DNA of 64,000 bases from Planctomycetota bacterium. Its GTDB lineage: Bacteria; Planctomycetota; UBA8108; SXIK01. A model generated the notes under the pieces. That model had not been told where the DNA came from and made no database searches. It was given only the letters and a program-made list of their open reading frames with translations. Within the stretch, counting starts at the first letter, position 1. Each line of letters opens with the position of its first letter. Below are positions 9,722-19,299 of the stretch, one piece after another. Position numbers and translations under genes: made by a program. Location: positions 2,112,001 to 2,176,000 of the forward strand of contig OZ244999.1 in the NCBI GenBank assembly GCA_965223265.1. Reading direction: 5' to 3'.

Positions 9722-11137
9722 ATGAGAGTCCTCTGTGCCGCCGCGGTGGTCTGCGCCTTCCTCGTTTCGGCGTTTTCGCCCGTCCCAGCCGCGGCTGCGA
9801 TGCGCCGCGGCGCGGAGCGTGAGCGTCATGTTGCGATCACGGCGCGCGAGAACGAGAAAGCGCTCGAGCGAGCTGGTGAGAGCCTCGACTTTGACGCATT
9901 GTCGGCGGCTGCAGGCAAGGTCTTGGCGGCTGGGAAACGCCGCGGCGTCGAAAAGGTCCTCAGCGTATACGCCGCCTATTGGTATCGGGCGGCGAAGATC
10001 GTTGAGGCCGACGCGATCTATCAGGCCCATGGTCACATGGCCGGACAGTTTCGTTCTTTGACAAGTGTCACGGGACTGAAGGCGCTCGCGAAACTGCAGA
10101 AGTCGCACCGGGAATGGCCAGCGCGATTGCTCGCGCTGGACGCGGCGGCGTTTTGCGCCGCGGATCAAATGGCCATGGCTCTGGTTGGGCTTAAAGACAA
10201 AGAGCCGATTGTCGCTCGGCGCGCGGTGATCTTGCTACGCAAGACGAAAACCCGCGCGGTCGTCGAGGAGATCCTCGCGTGTTTCGAGGCCGCCGAGGCG
10301 AAAGCCGCAAAGAAAAACCGCACTGACGATTGGTCCAGGACCGCTTTGACGTGTAGTGGCGTGCTTGCCGAACTCCTGCGCGTCGATTTGGTTCACGCGC
10401 GCGACTATCGGAACTACTTGGTCGGTCGCCAGGAAGACAGCGAAGAGGAGCTGTTCAAGGGGCGTAAGAAGCGAACGCGCGAGCGCACGGCTCTGACGCT
10501 TTTTGGTCGTCGAGTGACTGGCCGCAACATCGTGTTCATACTCGATGTTTCAGGAAGTATGTTGACGATCGACCCAGACTCCGGCGGTGATTCTCGGGCC
10601 GTTTCCAAGCGCGGCAAGCGTACGAGCACAGATCGCGATCGGAAGCAGGACAAGAAGAAGCGGTTCGTCGAAGCTCAACGCCTCACGCGCGCCAAGCGTG
10701 AGCTCTCGCGCGTTATCGAAGCGCTTCCCGATGGCTCCCGATTCAATATTATCGCGTATTCGACCGTCGTCCGTTCTTGGAAGGATCAGTCGGTCGCGTC
10801 GAGTCGTCAGGCGAAAAAGCAAGCACTGGATTTCGTCGCCGCGCTTGAAGCGGAAGGAGTAACCGTGACGGACCGAGCGCTCGAGACCGCCTTCAGCGAT
10901 CTGAAAGTGGACACGATTTACCTCGTCACCGACGGCGCCCCGACGCATGTTGGCGGTACAGGTAAGCAGCTCCCGCGCGATTCCAACGAGCTCATGCAGA
11001 GTATTCTTCGTCGCGTGCGGTCCCTCAACTTCCTCCGGCAAGTACGCGTGTTTACGCTCGGGTTTCGCGACGCCGAGGAGCGGTTTCTCAAGCGACTTGC
11101 CCGTGACAACGGCGGCAAGTACGTTCGGATCCGGTAG
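9722..11137 (+). CDS. Exported HEAT-like repeat / von Willebrand factor A domain protein
   Basis: Signal-like N-terminus; NIVFILDVSGSM (MIDAS DxSxS), IYLVTDGAP, LKRLARDNGGKY. Confidence 0.85.
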   Translation: MRVLCAAAVVCAFLVSAFSPVPAAAAMRRGAERERHVAITARENEKALERAGESLDFDALSAAAGKVLAAGKRRGVEKVLSVYAAYWYRAAKIVEADAIYQAHGHMAGQFRSLTSVTGLKALAKLQKSHREWPARLLALDAAAFCAADQMAMALVGLKDKEPIVARRAVILLRKTKTRAVVEEILACFEAAEAKAAKKNRTDDWSRTALTCSGVLAELLRVDLVHARDYRNYLVGRQEDSEEELFKGRKKRTRERTALTLFGRRVTGRNIVFILDVSGSMLTIDPDSGGDSRAVSKRGKRTSTDRDRKQDKKKRFVEAQRLTRAKRELSRVIEALPDGSRFNIIAYSTVVRSWKDQSVASSRQAKKQALDFVAALEAEGVTVTDRALETAFSDLKVDTIYLVTDGAPTHVGGTGKQLPRDSNELMQSILRRVRSLNFLRQVRVFTLGFRDAEERFLKRLARDNGGKYVRIR

Positions 11138-11340
11138 GCGATCCTGACTTCATGTCGCACGTCCGAGGAGCCGCGTTCTCGGAGAGCGAGGCCGGAAAAC
11201 GCGAGAGTCTGACGTCGGCCGACTGGGTCTGTTGCGCTGTCGTCTGCTGCCTGAGCCGGGCAAGTGCTGCCACTAGTGGAGCCGCGCTGGTGTAGGATGA
11301 ACGAGAGGAATTCGCCCGATAACCTCTCACACACGCTTAG

Positions 11341-11499
11341 CAGCCTGTTGAAAAAGTGCTTCGAGCTGAAAACTGGTCGCTTCGCGTCCAGATCAGCCGC
11401 GGCGAACGCAGGTAATCTCCGAGATTTTCGAGGCTCGCCGCGGCTGATCTGGGCGTGAAGAGGCCGGTTTCTCAGCCGAATGACTTTTTCAACGGGCTG
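11341..11499 (+). mobile_element. 159-bp MITE, intact copy A; terminal inverted repeats CAGCCTGTTGAAAAAGT / ACTTTTTCAACGGGCTG; TTAG target duplication
   Basis: Flanked by TTAG (11337-11340 and 11500-11503); exact reverse complement of 40930-41088 when compared base by base; no transposase ORF. Confidence 0.92.
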
Positions 11500-11740
11500 T
11501 TAGGCTAGGAACCTGCCCACTTGGTGGGATTCTCGCAGCGCTTTCGCGAGCCATTCGACAACGATTTGGCGCTGCGGCGAGCCGTGATTCTGTTGAGAAT
11601 TTTTCGGACAGGATTTCGGACTGGGCGCCGACATGGAGATGGGGCAGGGTTCAATATTGAAGCGAATCATCGATAGATAAAAAACAAGCAGCCAGCTGCG
11701 AGTCTGATCGCGCACACATCTGACAGAAGGACAGGAATCC

Positions 11741-13057
11741 ATGGATTCAGCTGCGAATCGCGACGCCGCTACGAGACGCAAAGTAGTTGTCTTGGGCGGT
11801 TTGCGGACACCTTGGGTGAAGATGGGCATGGGGCTTCACGACGTGCATGCGGCGGACCTGGCGCGCGTGCCGGCGGAGGAGCTGTTACTTCAGCTGAACG
11901 TCCCGCTTGAACAAGTGGATGAAGTGATTTTCGGGAACGTCTCGCAACCAGCTGACGCGACCAATATCGCCCGAGTGATCGCATTGCGCCTGGGGCTCCC
12001 TCTTTCGGTCCCGGCTCATACCGTCCATCGCAATTGTGCTTCCGGTTTGGAGGCGGTGACCGAGGCCTTCGACAAAGTTCGCTTCGGGCAGGCGGACCTT
12101 GTGCTTGCGGGCGGAACGGAGTCGATGTCGAACGTGCCGTTTTTGTTCTCAACGCGGGCTCAGCGCAAGTTCGCCAAACTGGCACGGGCGCGATCGTTGG
12201 GAGCGAAGGTCGGTGCGGTTGCGAGCTTTCGTGCCGGAGATTTCAAACCGGTCATCGGGCTCGAAGTTGGACTCACAGATGGTTTCTGCGGGCAGAATAT
12301 GGGAGAGACCGCTGAAAACCTAGCGCGCGAGTTCGGCATTTCACGTCAGGAGCAGGATGAGTTCGCGCTCGAGAGTCACAAGCGTGCGGTCGCGTCGGAG
12401 GAAGCAGGATTCTTCGACAACGAGATCGTGACGATGTATCCGCCACCAGACTTCGGCCAAATTGACGGTGACATCGGCCCTCGCGCCAATCAGAGCATGG
12501 AAGCGCTGGCGAAGCTGCGTCCTTACTTCGATCGTAAGTTTGGTACCGTCACACCAGGGAATTCCTGTTCGATCACTGATGGCGGCTGCGCACTGCTCAT
12601 TGCGAGTGAAGAGAAGGCCGCTGCGCTTGGGGTCGAACCGCTGGGCGCGATCCGATCGTACGCCTATCGTGGCTGTCCACCTCACCGCATGGGGTTGGGT
12701 CCGGCGTTTGCTATGCCGGAGGCGCTCGATGCTGCGGGAGTGACGCTCGAAGACATTGATCGCGTCGAACTGAACGAAGCCTTCGCGGCGCAGGTCATCG
12801 CAGTGCAGCGCGCCTGCGCATCGAAAGACTTTGCGGTCGACGAGCTCGACCGAGGCGAAGCCACCGGCGAGTTGAGGGCAGACCGTCTTAACGTCAACGG
12901 CGGTGCGATCGCACTGGGGCATCCCGTTGGCGCTACTGGTGCCCGGCTCGTTTTGACGTTGCTGCGTGAGCTGGGTCAAAAAGGTTTGAAGCGCGGCCTC
13001 GCGACCCTCTGCATCGGTGGTGGCCAAGGCGCTGCGATCGTCGTCGATCGGACTTAG
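11741..13057 (+). CDS. fadI: Acetyl-CoA C-acyltransferase (thiolase, FadI/FadA-like)
   Basis: NCASG catalytic Cys, NEAF, GHPVGATGAR, CIGGGQG; directly upstream of the multifunctional enzyme. Confidence 0.9.
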   Translation: MDSAANRDAATRRKVVVLGGLRTPWVKMGMGLHDVHAADLARVPAEELLLQLNVPLEQVDEVIFGNVSQPADATNIARVIALRLGLPLSVPAHTVHRNCASGLEAVTEAFDKVRFGQADLVLAGGTESMSNVPFLFSTRAQRKFAKLARARSLGAKVGAVASFRAGDFKPVIGLEVGLTDGFCGQNMGETAENLAREFGISRQEQDEFALESHKRAVASEEAGFFDNEIVTMYPPPDFGQIDGDIGPRANQSMEALAKLRPYFDRKFGTVTPGNSCSITDGGCALLIASEEKAAALGVEPLGAIRSYAYRGCPPHRMGLGPAFAMPEALDAAGVTLEDIDRVELNEAFAAQVIAVQRACASKDFAVDELDRGEATGELRADRLNVNGGAIALGHPVGATGARLVLTLLRELGQKGLKRGLATLCIGGGQGAAIVVDRT

Positions 13058-13196
13058 CGAGGCTTCGAGATTCCAACAACACGAACGTTGAGCTGGCTTG
13101 TGTCACGCGAAAGTCGGCACGACAACATGAGAACACAACCGCGGCGCCGCGCTTTGGCGTGGTCGACTAAAGCGTTTAGCACAAAGGGATTCAACC

Positions 13197-15413
13197 GTGA
13201 TTGACATATCTTCGCTAACGAAAACGGAAGCGTGGGCGCTGGTTGACGAAGGTGACGGGATCTTCCGCCTTGTTTTCGACTTGCCTGGTGAGAAGGTCAA
13301 CAAACTCACTGAGGCCGTCCTCGTCGACTTGGAGAAGATTCTCCAGGCCGTCAGCAAAGAGAGTGACGTCAAAGCGCTGATTGTGTGTGGTGGTAAGGAG
13401 GAGTCGGACACGTTCATCGCCGGCGCCGACATCAATGAAATCCGAGGCGTCTCGACAGCGGAGCAGGCGGCGACCAAAGCGGCACGCGGACAGGCCGTAC
13501 TCGATTTGCTCGCCTCGATTCCGGCGGTCACGGTTGCAGCCATTCACGGCAACTGTTTGGGGGGCGGCACGGAGCTCGCGCTCGCCTGTGATTTACGCGT
13601 TGCCAGCCTGAGCGATGCGACGAAGATCGGGCTGCCCGAGGTCAATCTCGGAATCATTCCCGGCTTCGGCGGCACGCAGCGTCTGCCGCGTCTCATCGGG
13701 ATCGAGCGTGCGTTTCCACTCATCTTGACCGGACGTCCCGTCGACGCGCGCAAGGCGGGTCGGCTCGGCGTCGTCGACAGCGTCGTCTATCCAGATCTCC
13801 TCATCGCCGAGGCCAAGGCGCTGGCCAATCGTGCCTTGGACCGGGGCGGTAAGAGGTTTCGCCCGTCCCGCCCTCGACTCTCCTTGCGTCAGCGGTTGTT
13901 TCAGGCTCTCCCCCCCGGACGTGCCTTGCTGCGCCGCATGGCCAAAAAGAACGTCGTCAAAGTTTCGGGTGGTCACTATCCAGCGCCACTGGCTGCAGTC
14001 GATGCCGTGATCGACGGGTTTCGTCGTTCCCTCAAGGACGGCCTTGCCCTTGAGGCTCAGGTCGTCGGCCGGCTGATCGTGTCACCGGAATGCCGCAACC
14101 TGATCGATCTGTTCCTGTCGCAGGAGAGCGTTCGTCGCGGCTCCGGTGAAAAAGCCGCACAGGCTGGTAGCTCGGTGATCGACGTCGACGCAGCACCAGG
14201 GAATCGTCGCGCCGCCGTTCTCGGGGCGGGAGTTATGGGGGGCGGCATCGCGACTCTTCTGGCTCGAAAAGGCTACCGCGTTCGCATGAAGGATGTGCAA
14301 CCTCAGGCGATTCAGATTGGGCTCAAGAGTATCGATAAGTCGCTCTCGACGCTGGTGCGCAAGAGACGCATGAGCAAGGCCGACAAGAATCGTGTTCTCA
14401 GTGCGATCACAACGACTCTCAAGGACGACGGGCTAGGAACGACATCCGTCGTCATCGAGGCTGTCGTGGAAAAGATGTCCGTGAAGCAGGACGTCTTTCG
14501 AGCCCTCGAAGATCATGTTCCGGAGGACGCTCTCCTGTGCTCGAATACGTCGGCACTGTCCATCACTGAGATGCAGTCGGTGCTTCGGCATCCGGAGCGG
14601 CTGGTCGGGCTTCACTTCTTCAATCCCGTGCATCGTATGCCACTTGTTGAAGTGATTCCGGGCGAACAGTCGAGTTCCGAGTATGTGGCTGCAGCGGAGA
14701 AACTCACGCGGCAGCTCGGCAAGTATCCTGTGCGCGTTGCGGATCGCCCTGGGTTTCTCGTCAATCGTTTGCTGGCTTGCTACTTGAACGAGGCTTCTCA
14801 TCTGTTCGTCGAGGGCTTTTCCCCGACTGCGATCGATGCCGCTTTGAAGAGTTTTGGCATGCCGATGGGGCCATTTGAGCTGATCGATGAAGTCGGACTA
14901 GACGTCGCCGCAAAGGTTGCAGCCACGCTCGTCGACGGCCTTGGAAGCCGTATGCAGCCACCTGATGTGACAGGGCGACTTGTCGAAGAGGGTAAACTCC
15001 TTGGCAAGAAATCTGGCGCGGGCTTCTACCTTCACCGCGGCGGCAAGAAGATCCTGAATGAGCGCGCTCTGAGTTTCGCCGGACGCAGCGACGGCAGCTT
15101 TGAGTCCGATCAACCGGAGCTGTGGCTCAAGCGCTTGGTCTACCCAATCATCAATGAGGCCGCTATGGCGCTGGACGAGGGTGTCGTCGCGTCGCCAGCA
15201 CTGCTCGATCTCGCTATGGTCATGGGGACCGGATTCGCACCGTTTCGTGGTGGTCCCTTGCGCTACGCGGACTCGATCGGGGCCAAGCAGGTCTGCGACG
15301 ATCTGACCGCGCTCAAGCACGAGCGCTTCACACCGTGCTCGGCGTTGGAGCGACTTGCGAGTAAGAATCAGAAGTTTTACGACCTCGAGTGTAACGATGT
15401 GGTCCATGCGTGA
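13197..15413 (+). CDS. fadJ: Fatty acid oxidation complex alpha subunit (enoyl-CoA hydratase / 3-hydroxyacyl-CoA dehydrogenase)
   Basis: FIAGADI, GGGTELALACD, LPEVNLGIIPGFGGTQRLPR, GAGVMGGGIA, SNTSAL, GLHFFNPVHRMPLVE. Confidence 0.92.
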   Translation: MIDISSLTKTEAWALVDEGDGIFRLVFDLPGEKVNKLTEAVLVDLEKILQAVSKESDVKALIVCGGKEESDTFIAGADINEIRGVSTAEQAATKAARGQAVLDLLASIPAVTVAAIHGNCLGGGTELALACDLRVASLSDATKIGLPEVNLGIIPGFGGTQRLPRLIGIERAFPLILTGRPVDARKAGRLGVVDSVVYPDLLIAEAKALANRALDRGGKRFRPSRPRLSLRQRLFQALPPGRALLRRMAKKNVVKVSGGHYPAPLAAVDAVIDGFRRSLKDGLALEAQVVGRLIVSPECRNLIDLFLSQESVRRGSGEKAAQAGSSVIDVDAAPGNRRAAVLGAGVMGGGIATLLARKGYRVRMKDVQPQAIQIGLKSIDKSLSTLVRKRRMSKADKNRVLSAITTTLKDDGLGTTSVVIEAVVEKMSVKQDVFRALEDHVPEDALLCSNTSALSITEMQSVLRHPERLVGLHFFNPVHRMPLVEVIPGEQSSSEYVAAAEKLTRQLGKYPVRVADRPGFLVNRLLACYLNEASHLFVEGFSPTAIDAALKSFGMPMGPFELIDEVGLDVAAKVAATLVDGLGSRMQPPDVTGRLVEEGKLLGKKSGAGFYLHRGGKKILNERALSFAGRSDGSFESDQPELWLKRLVYPIINEAAMALDEGVVASPALLDLAMVMGTGFAPFRGGPLRYADSIGAKQVCDDLTALKHERFTPCSALERLASKNQKFYDLECNDVVHA

Positions 15414-16736
15414 GTGAAGGCTGCTGCGCTCATGACGAACTGTCCCTCGTGCCAACAAAGTAACCCGCCGGACGCGACCGTATGCTCCGCTTGCTCGGGT
15501 CAGCTGCCGAACTCGGACGGCAAGCCAACTAAGCAAGGAAGCGTCCGTCTGGTCGGCAAGGTTCTTAACGGCAAGTACCAGGTCCTTTCGCTTCTCGGCG
15601 AGGGCGGCATGGGGGTCGTGTACAAGGTTCGGCACCTCATCCTCCAAAGCAAGAACCTCTTTGCGTTGAAGATTCTGCACCCCTCTTTTTCGCAGGATTC
15701 GCGTTTTCGGGCGCGGTTTCTTCGAGAAGTCGAACTGGCGATGGAACTCACCCACGAGAACATCGTTCAGATTCGTGACTTCGGGATGACAGAAGAGGGC
15801 CTCCTCTTCTTCACTATGGATTACTTTGAGGGTCAGAGTCTGCGGGAATTCCTCGATCAAAGCGGGCGCCTCCCACCAGCGCGTGCAGTGCGTATCGCGA
15901 CTCAAGTGTTGGCAGCGCTAAAAGAAGCCCACAAGTGCAACATCGTTCATCGCGATTTGAAACCGGACAACGTTCTGATCGATTCAGCTTCCAATCGCAG
16001 CGATCGAGTTCGTATCTTGGACTTCGGGATCGCGAAATTGACGACCGACTCAGGCGAATCGAATCTTACGCAAGGTGCGGTCATTGGTTCTCCCAAGTAC
16101 ATGTCGCCCGAGCAGGCGTCCGCCGAGAAAGTGGATCCACGCTCCGATCTCTACGCGGTCGGAGTGATCCTCTACGAGATGCTGACCGGGAAAGTGCCTT
16201 TCTCCGGCAAGACGACGCGCATGATTCTCATGCAACATTTGACATCTGAAGTGCCGTCGTTTGAGGCGGTGTGCCCAGGAATTCAGGTGCCGAGCCGACT
16301 CGAGAAATTGGTGTTTCGTCTGCTGCAAAAGGACGCCGAGAAACGTCCCGCATCGGCTCAGGAAGTCCTCGACATTTTGGACGGCAACGCGACCGTGCTT
16401 GCTGCTCCGGTAGGGGCCAGTCGGCGCGGCGGATTGTACAAGGTCGGCGCTGTCGCCGCTGTCCTACTCTCCCTCGCCGGGGCTGCGTGGTTTGCGATGA
16501 CGCAGTGGGGCGCCCAAGGGAGGATGCCGCAGGTCGGGGCTCAGGGCGCTCGAGAGAACGAGACTGCAGCCCCTGCGGTCATCGATGCGCCGAGCAGCGA
16601 ACAGCCGGGAGGCGAGTCTCCGCCGCAGTCGCAAGCACGACGCCGGCTTCGCTGCCGGGTCTGTGATCGCGTCTTCCTGGAGAACGAGCTCGAGGGCAAC
16701 ATGCATCACGATTTACCGCTCGCGCCCGCCGAGTAG
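15414..16736 (+). CDS. Membrane Hanks-type Ser/Thr protein kinase with N-terminal zinc ribbon
   Basis: CPSC..CSAC; LGEGGMGVVY, ALK, HRDLKPDN, DFG, YMSPEQ, SDLYAVG; one TM helix after the kinase domain; start may be ATG 15432. Confidence 0.93.
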   Translation: MKAAALMTNCPSCQQSNPPDATVCSACSGQLPNSDGKPTKQGSVRLVGKVLNGKYQVLSLLGEGGMGVVYKVRHLILQSKNLFALKILHPSFSQDSRFRARFLREVELAMELTHENIVQIRDFGMTEEGLLFFTMDYFEGQSLREFLDQSGRLPPARAVRIATQVLAALKEAHKCNIVHRDLKPDNVLIDSASNRSDRVRILDFGIAKLTTDSGESNLTQGAVIGSPKYMSPEQASAEKVDPRSDLYAVGVILYEMLTGKVPFSGKTTRMILMQHLTSEVPSFEAVCPGIQVPSRLEKLVFRLLQKDAEKRPASAQEVLDILDGNATVLAAPVGASRRGGLYKVGAVAAVLLSLAGAAWFAMTQWGAQGRMPQVGAQGARENETAAPAVIDAPSSEQPGGESPPQSQARRRLRCRVCDRVFLENELEGNMHHDLPLAPAE

Positions 16737-16784
16737 CGGCATCGCCTCCCGTGACGACTGATTGGCGGATCGGTCTCGGCTGAG

Positions 16785-17636
16785 TCACTCTTTCACGGCC
16801 CAGCCGATTTCTTTCGCCGTCACCTTGGCGATCACGCACGCTTGTAGGTCGCTGACGAACGCTTCGCGCCGCGGCGATTGAGGAATGCCGAGTGCCATAA
16901 TCTCGGCGTGTGACTGTGGGTAGAGAGGTTCACGCCCCGGGTCCGCGTATCCCGCCGGGAACACGGTCCCGTTCGACGTGTACTTGTCCGTGGCCCCGAG
17001 CGTGTGACAGAGCTCGTGGACGAAGAGGACGACGTAAGAATTCAGCGTGCGCTCGTCGATGGGGACGAAGACGTAAGCTCGACGGCCCTTCATGCAGGCG
17101 ACGGAGCGGCTGGAATACCGGGCTCGCTCGGCCGCTGGGTAGAATGCGACGAAGATCGTGGAGTCATGCTCGTCGGTCGCTGCCGTCGACAGGGAGGCGT
17201 CAAGTCGATCGAAGTACTCCGTGAATCTCTTCGTGCTCATCCAGCGATCGATCAGCCCGCACCCCGGACGTAGGATCGCCGGAGGGGGCTGTGCGGGTGC
17301 GATCTTGGGTTCGATTTCAAAGGCGAAGTTTACCGGTTGCGCGGTGAAGCGACGCGCCTGTTCAGCGAGCCAGGAGCGAGCCGATCCAAGACTCGTCTGG
17401 TCAAGCGACTCGAGATTCAGAAACATCTCAACAACTTCGGCATCGTCACTCGCCTTGGAGTCGACCTCGGGAGCGTCACCCTCGGTAGTTCGTGGCAGCA
17501 GTAACGGAACGACGCGCACGCGGACCGGTTGACTCCACGCCAAGGCTGGACGCGTTGAGGTTGTCTCGAATACGGCCCACACCGCGACGGTGGCCAACGT
17601 AGCCCACAGGATTTTACTTCGGGTTGTGTTGAACAA
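16785..17636 (-). CDS. Membrane-anchored/exported protein with zincin-type HExxHxxGxxD motif (putative metallopeptidase)
   Basis: HELCHTLGATDKY followed by AEIMA (possible Met-turn); N-terminal hydrophobic segment; TTG 17636 chosen because AGGA lies upstream and the longer ORF would overlap aroA. Confidence 0.75.
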   Translation of the reverse strand: MFNTTRSKILWATLATVAVWAVFETTSTRPALAWSQPVRVRVVPLLLPRTTEGDAPEVDSKASDDAEVVEMFLNLESLDQTSLGSARSWLAEQARRFTAQPVNFAFEIEPKIAPAQPPPAILRPGCGLIDRWMSTKRFTEYFDRLDASLSTAATDEHDSTIFVAFYPAAERARYSSRSVACMKGRRAYVFVPIDERTLNSYVVLFVHELCHTLGATDKYTSNGTVFPAGYADPGREPLYPQSHAEIMALGIPQSPRREAFVSDLQACVIAKVTAKEIGWAVKE

Positions 17637-17740
17637 GGGCTGTCCTGGAGTGTGATTCCTCGGACGGGACTTGCAGTCTCGTATTGATATCGACCGGATC
17701 ACTCGAATGCCTCGAGTGCATCCGTGCGTATCCGGATACG

Positions 17741-17768
17741 TTGACACGCTCCTGAAGCGACCTATAAT
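17741..17768 (+). promoter_or_regulatory. Consensus sigma70 promoter for aroA
   Basis: TTGACA (17741-17746), 16-bp spacer, TATAAT (17763-17768). Confidence 0.8.
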
Positions 17769-17810
17769 CCCGGTTTGCTTCGTACTCTTACGCCGTAAAG
17801 GATTCCCTTC

Positions 17811-19154
17811 GTGACAAAGAGTTCTCCCGGCTCTGCGATCCACATCTCGCCCGTCTCCGCAATGAGCGGCACGGTGAGTTTGCCTGGGTCGAAATCGATC
17901 ACCAATCGCGCCCTGATTCTGGCAGCACTGGCGGAAGGAACTTCTGTTCTGAAGAACACCCTCGATTGTGATGACTCACGTTATCTGATCGAGGCGTTGA
18001 TGCAGCTGGGTGTGACGGTGCGTCGCGATGCGGACGATCGCATTGTGGTTTTCGGTATTGATGGGAAGTTTCCGGTGCGATCGGGGAGGTTTTTTGTCGG
18101 CAACGCGGGGACTGCAGCTCGCTTTCTTTCTGCCGCGCTGACGGCGTGTGGCGGCGACTATTGCGTGGAGGGCGATGCCCGCATGGCCGAGCGCCCGATC
18201 GCGCCGTTAGTGAAGGCTCTTTCAGAGCTGGGGGCTGAGGTGTCTGCGCCGACTGGCTGCCCACCGGTGACGATCGGCGCGCGCCCCATCGTCGGTGGTC
18301 GAGCCGATGTTCCAGGGCACGTTTCGAGTCAGTTCATCTCGGCGCTCTTGATGGTCGCTCCTTACGCGCAGCGAACTGTTGCGGTTCGGGTCACGGGCGA
18401 GATCGTCTCGATGCCTTATGTTGACCTTACGGTCGAAGCGATGAGGGCGTTCGGCGCCGATCCATACGTCGATGAAAAGCAAGCGGATGGACAACTTGTC
18501 TTCTCGGTGCGTGCAGGACGTACTTACAAAGGCTGTGAGTACCGCGTCGAAGGCGACGCCTCCGCGGCCAGCTACTTTTTCGCAGCGGCCGCCGTCACAG
18601 GTGGAACGCTTCGAGTCGAGGGGGTTGGGCGCGAGAGTGCCCAAGGTGATGCCGTTTGTGCTGACGTCTTAGCGTCGATGGGTTGTCGGGTCAAAAAGGA
18701 GCGTGACGCGATCACGGTCACGGGGCCGCAACCTCCGAGCGGATTCTTGGAAGGTATAGACTACAACTGCGGCGAGATTCCGGACGTCGTGCCGACGTTG
18801 GCGGTCGTCGCTCTGTTTGCGCGCGGGCGGACGCGGCTACGCGGTGTCGCGCACTTGCGGCACAAGGAGAGTGACCGTATCGAATCAGTCGCTACCGAGA
18901 TTCGCAAGCTCGGCGGCACCGTCAAGGAGCTCGCGGATGGCCTCGAGATTGAGGGCACGTTTGGCGTCGACCCTTCGCCGCTTCATGGCGCCCGCATCGA
19001 TACGTGGCAGGACCACCGCATCGCCATGGCTTTCTCGGTCGCCGCCCTCGCAGTTCCGGAAGTGTCGATCGATTCGCCGCACGTCGTCTCGAAGTCCTTC
19101 CCTGAGTTTTTCGACGCGCTTCGCGCACTCGGCGTCGAAATTGCCACAGTTTGA
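17811..19154 (+). CDS. aroA: 3-phosphoshikimate 1-carboxyvinyltransferase (EPSP synthase)
   Basis: LPGSKSITNR, GNAGTAARF, SSQFISALLM, LRHKESDR, DHRIAMAF, KSFPEFF. Confidence 0.97.
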   Translation: MTKSSPGSAIHISPVSAMSGTVSLPGSKSITNRALILAALAEGTSVLKNTLDCDDSRYLIEALMQLGVTVRRDADDRIVVFGIDGKFPVRSGRFFVGNAGTAARFLSAALTACGGDYCVEGDARMAERPIAPLVKALSELGAEVSAPTGCPPVTIGARPIVGGRADVPGHVSSQFISALLMVAPYAQRTVAVRVTGEIVSMPYVDLTVEAMRAFGADPYVDEKQADGQLVFSVRAGRTYKGCEYRVEGDASAASYFFAAAAVTGGTLRVEGVGRESAQGDAVCADVLASMGCRVKKERDAITVTGPQPPSGFLEGIDYNCGEIPDVVPTLAVVALFARGRTRLRGVAHLRHKESDRIESVATEIRKLGGTVKELADGLEIEGTFGVDPSPLHGARIDTWQDHRIAMAFSVAALAVPEVSIDSPHVVSKSFPEFFDALRALGVEIATV

Positions 19155-19299
19155 GCGATATCATCACTGACGCGATCTTGACGCAGCGGCGACCTGCAAA
19201 GTGCAAAGCCGCCTTGACCTGCTCGACCTGCGAGCCGTCGACGCCGTGAGGCTGCAGCTGACGACCGCACCTAGCGGCGTAGAGTGACAGAAGCGAACC

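Noticed and set aside
17637-17843. Longer start of the minus-strand 352-aa ORF
   Set aside because: Would overlap the aroA start and its consensus promoter; TTG 17636 has an RBS-like AGGA and gives an N-terminal hydrophobic anchor
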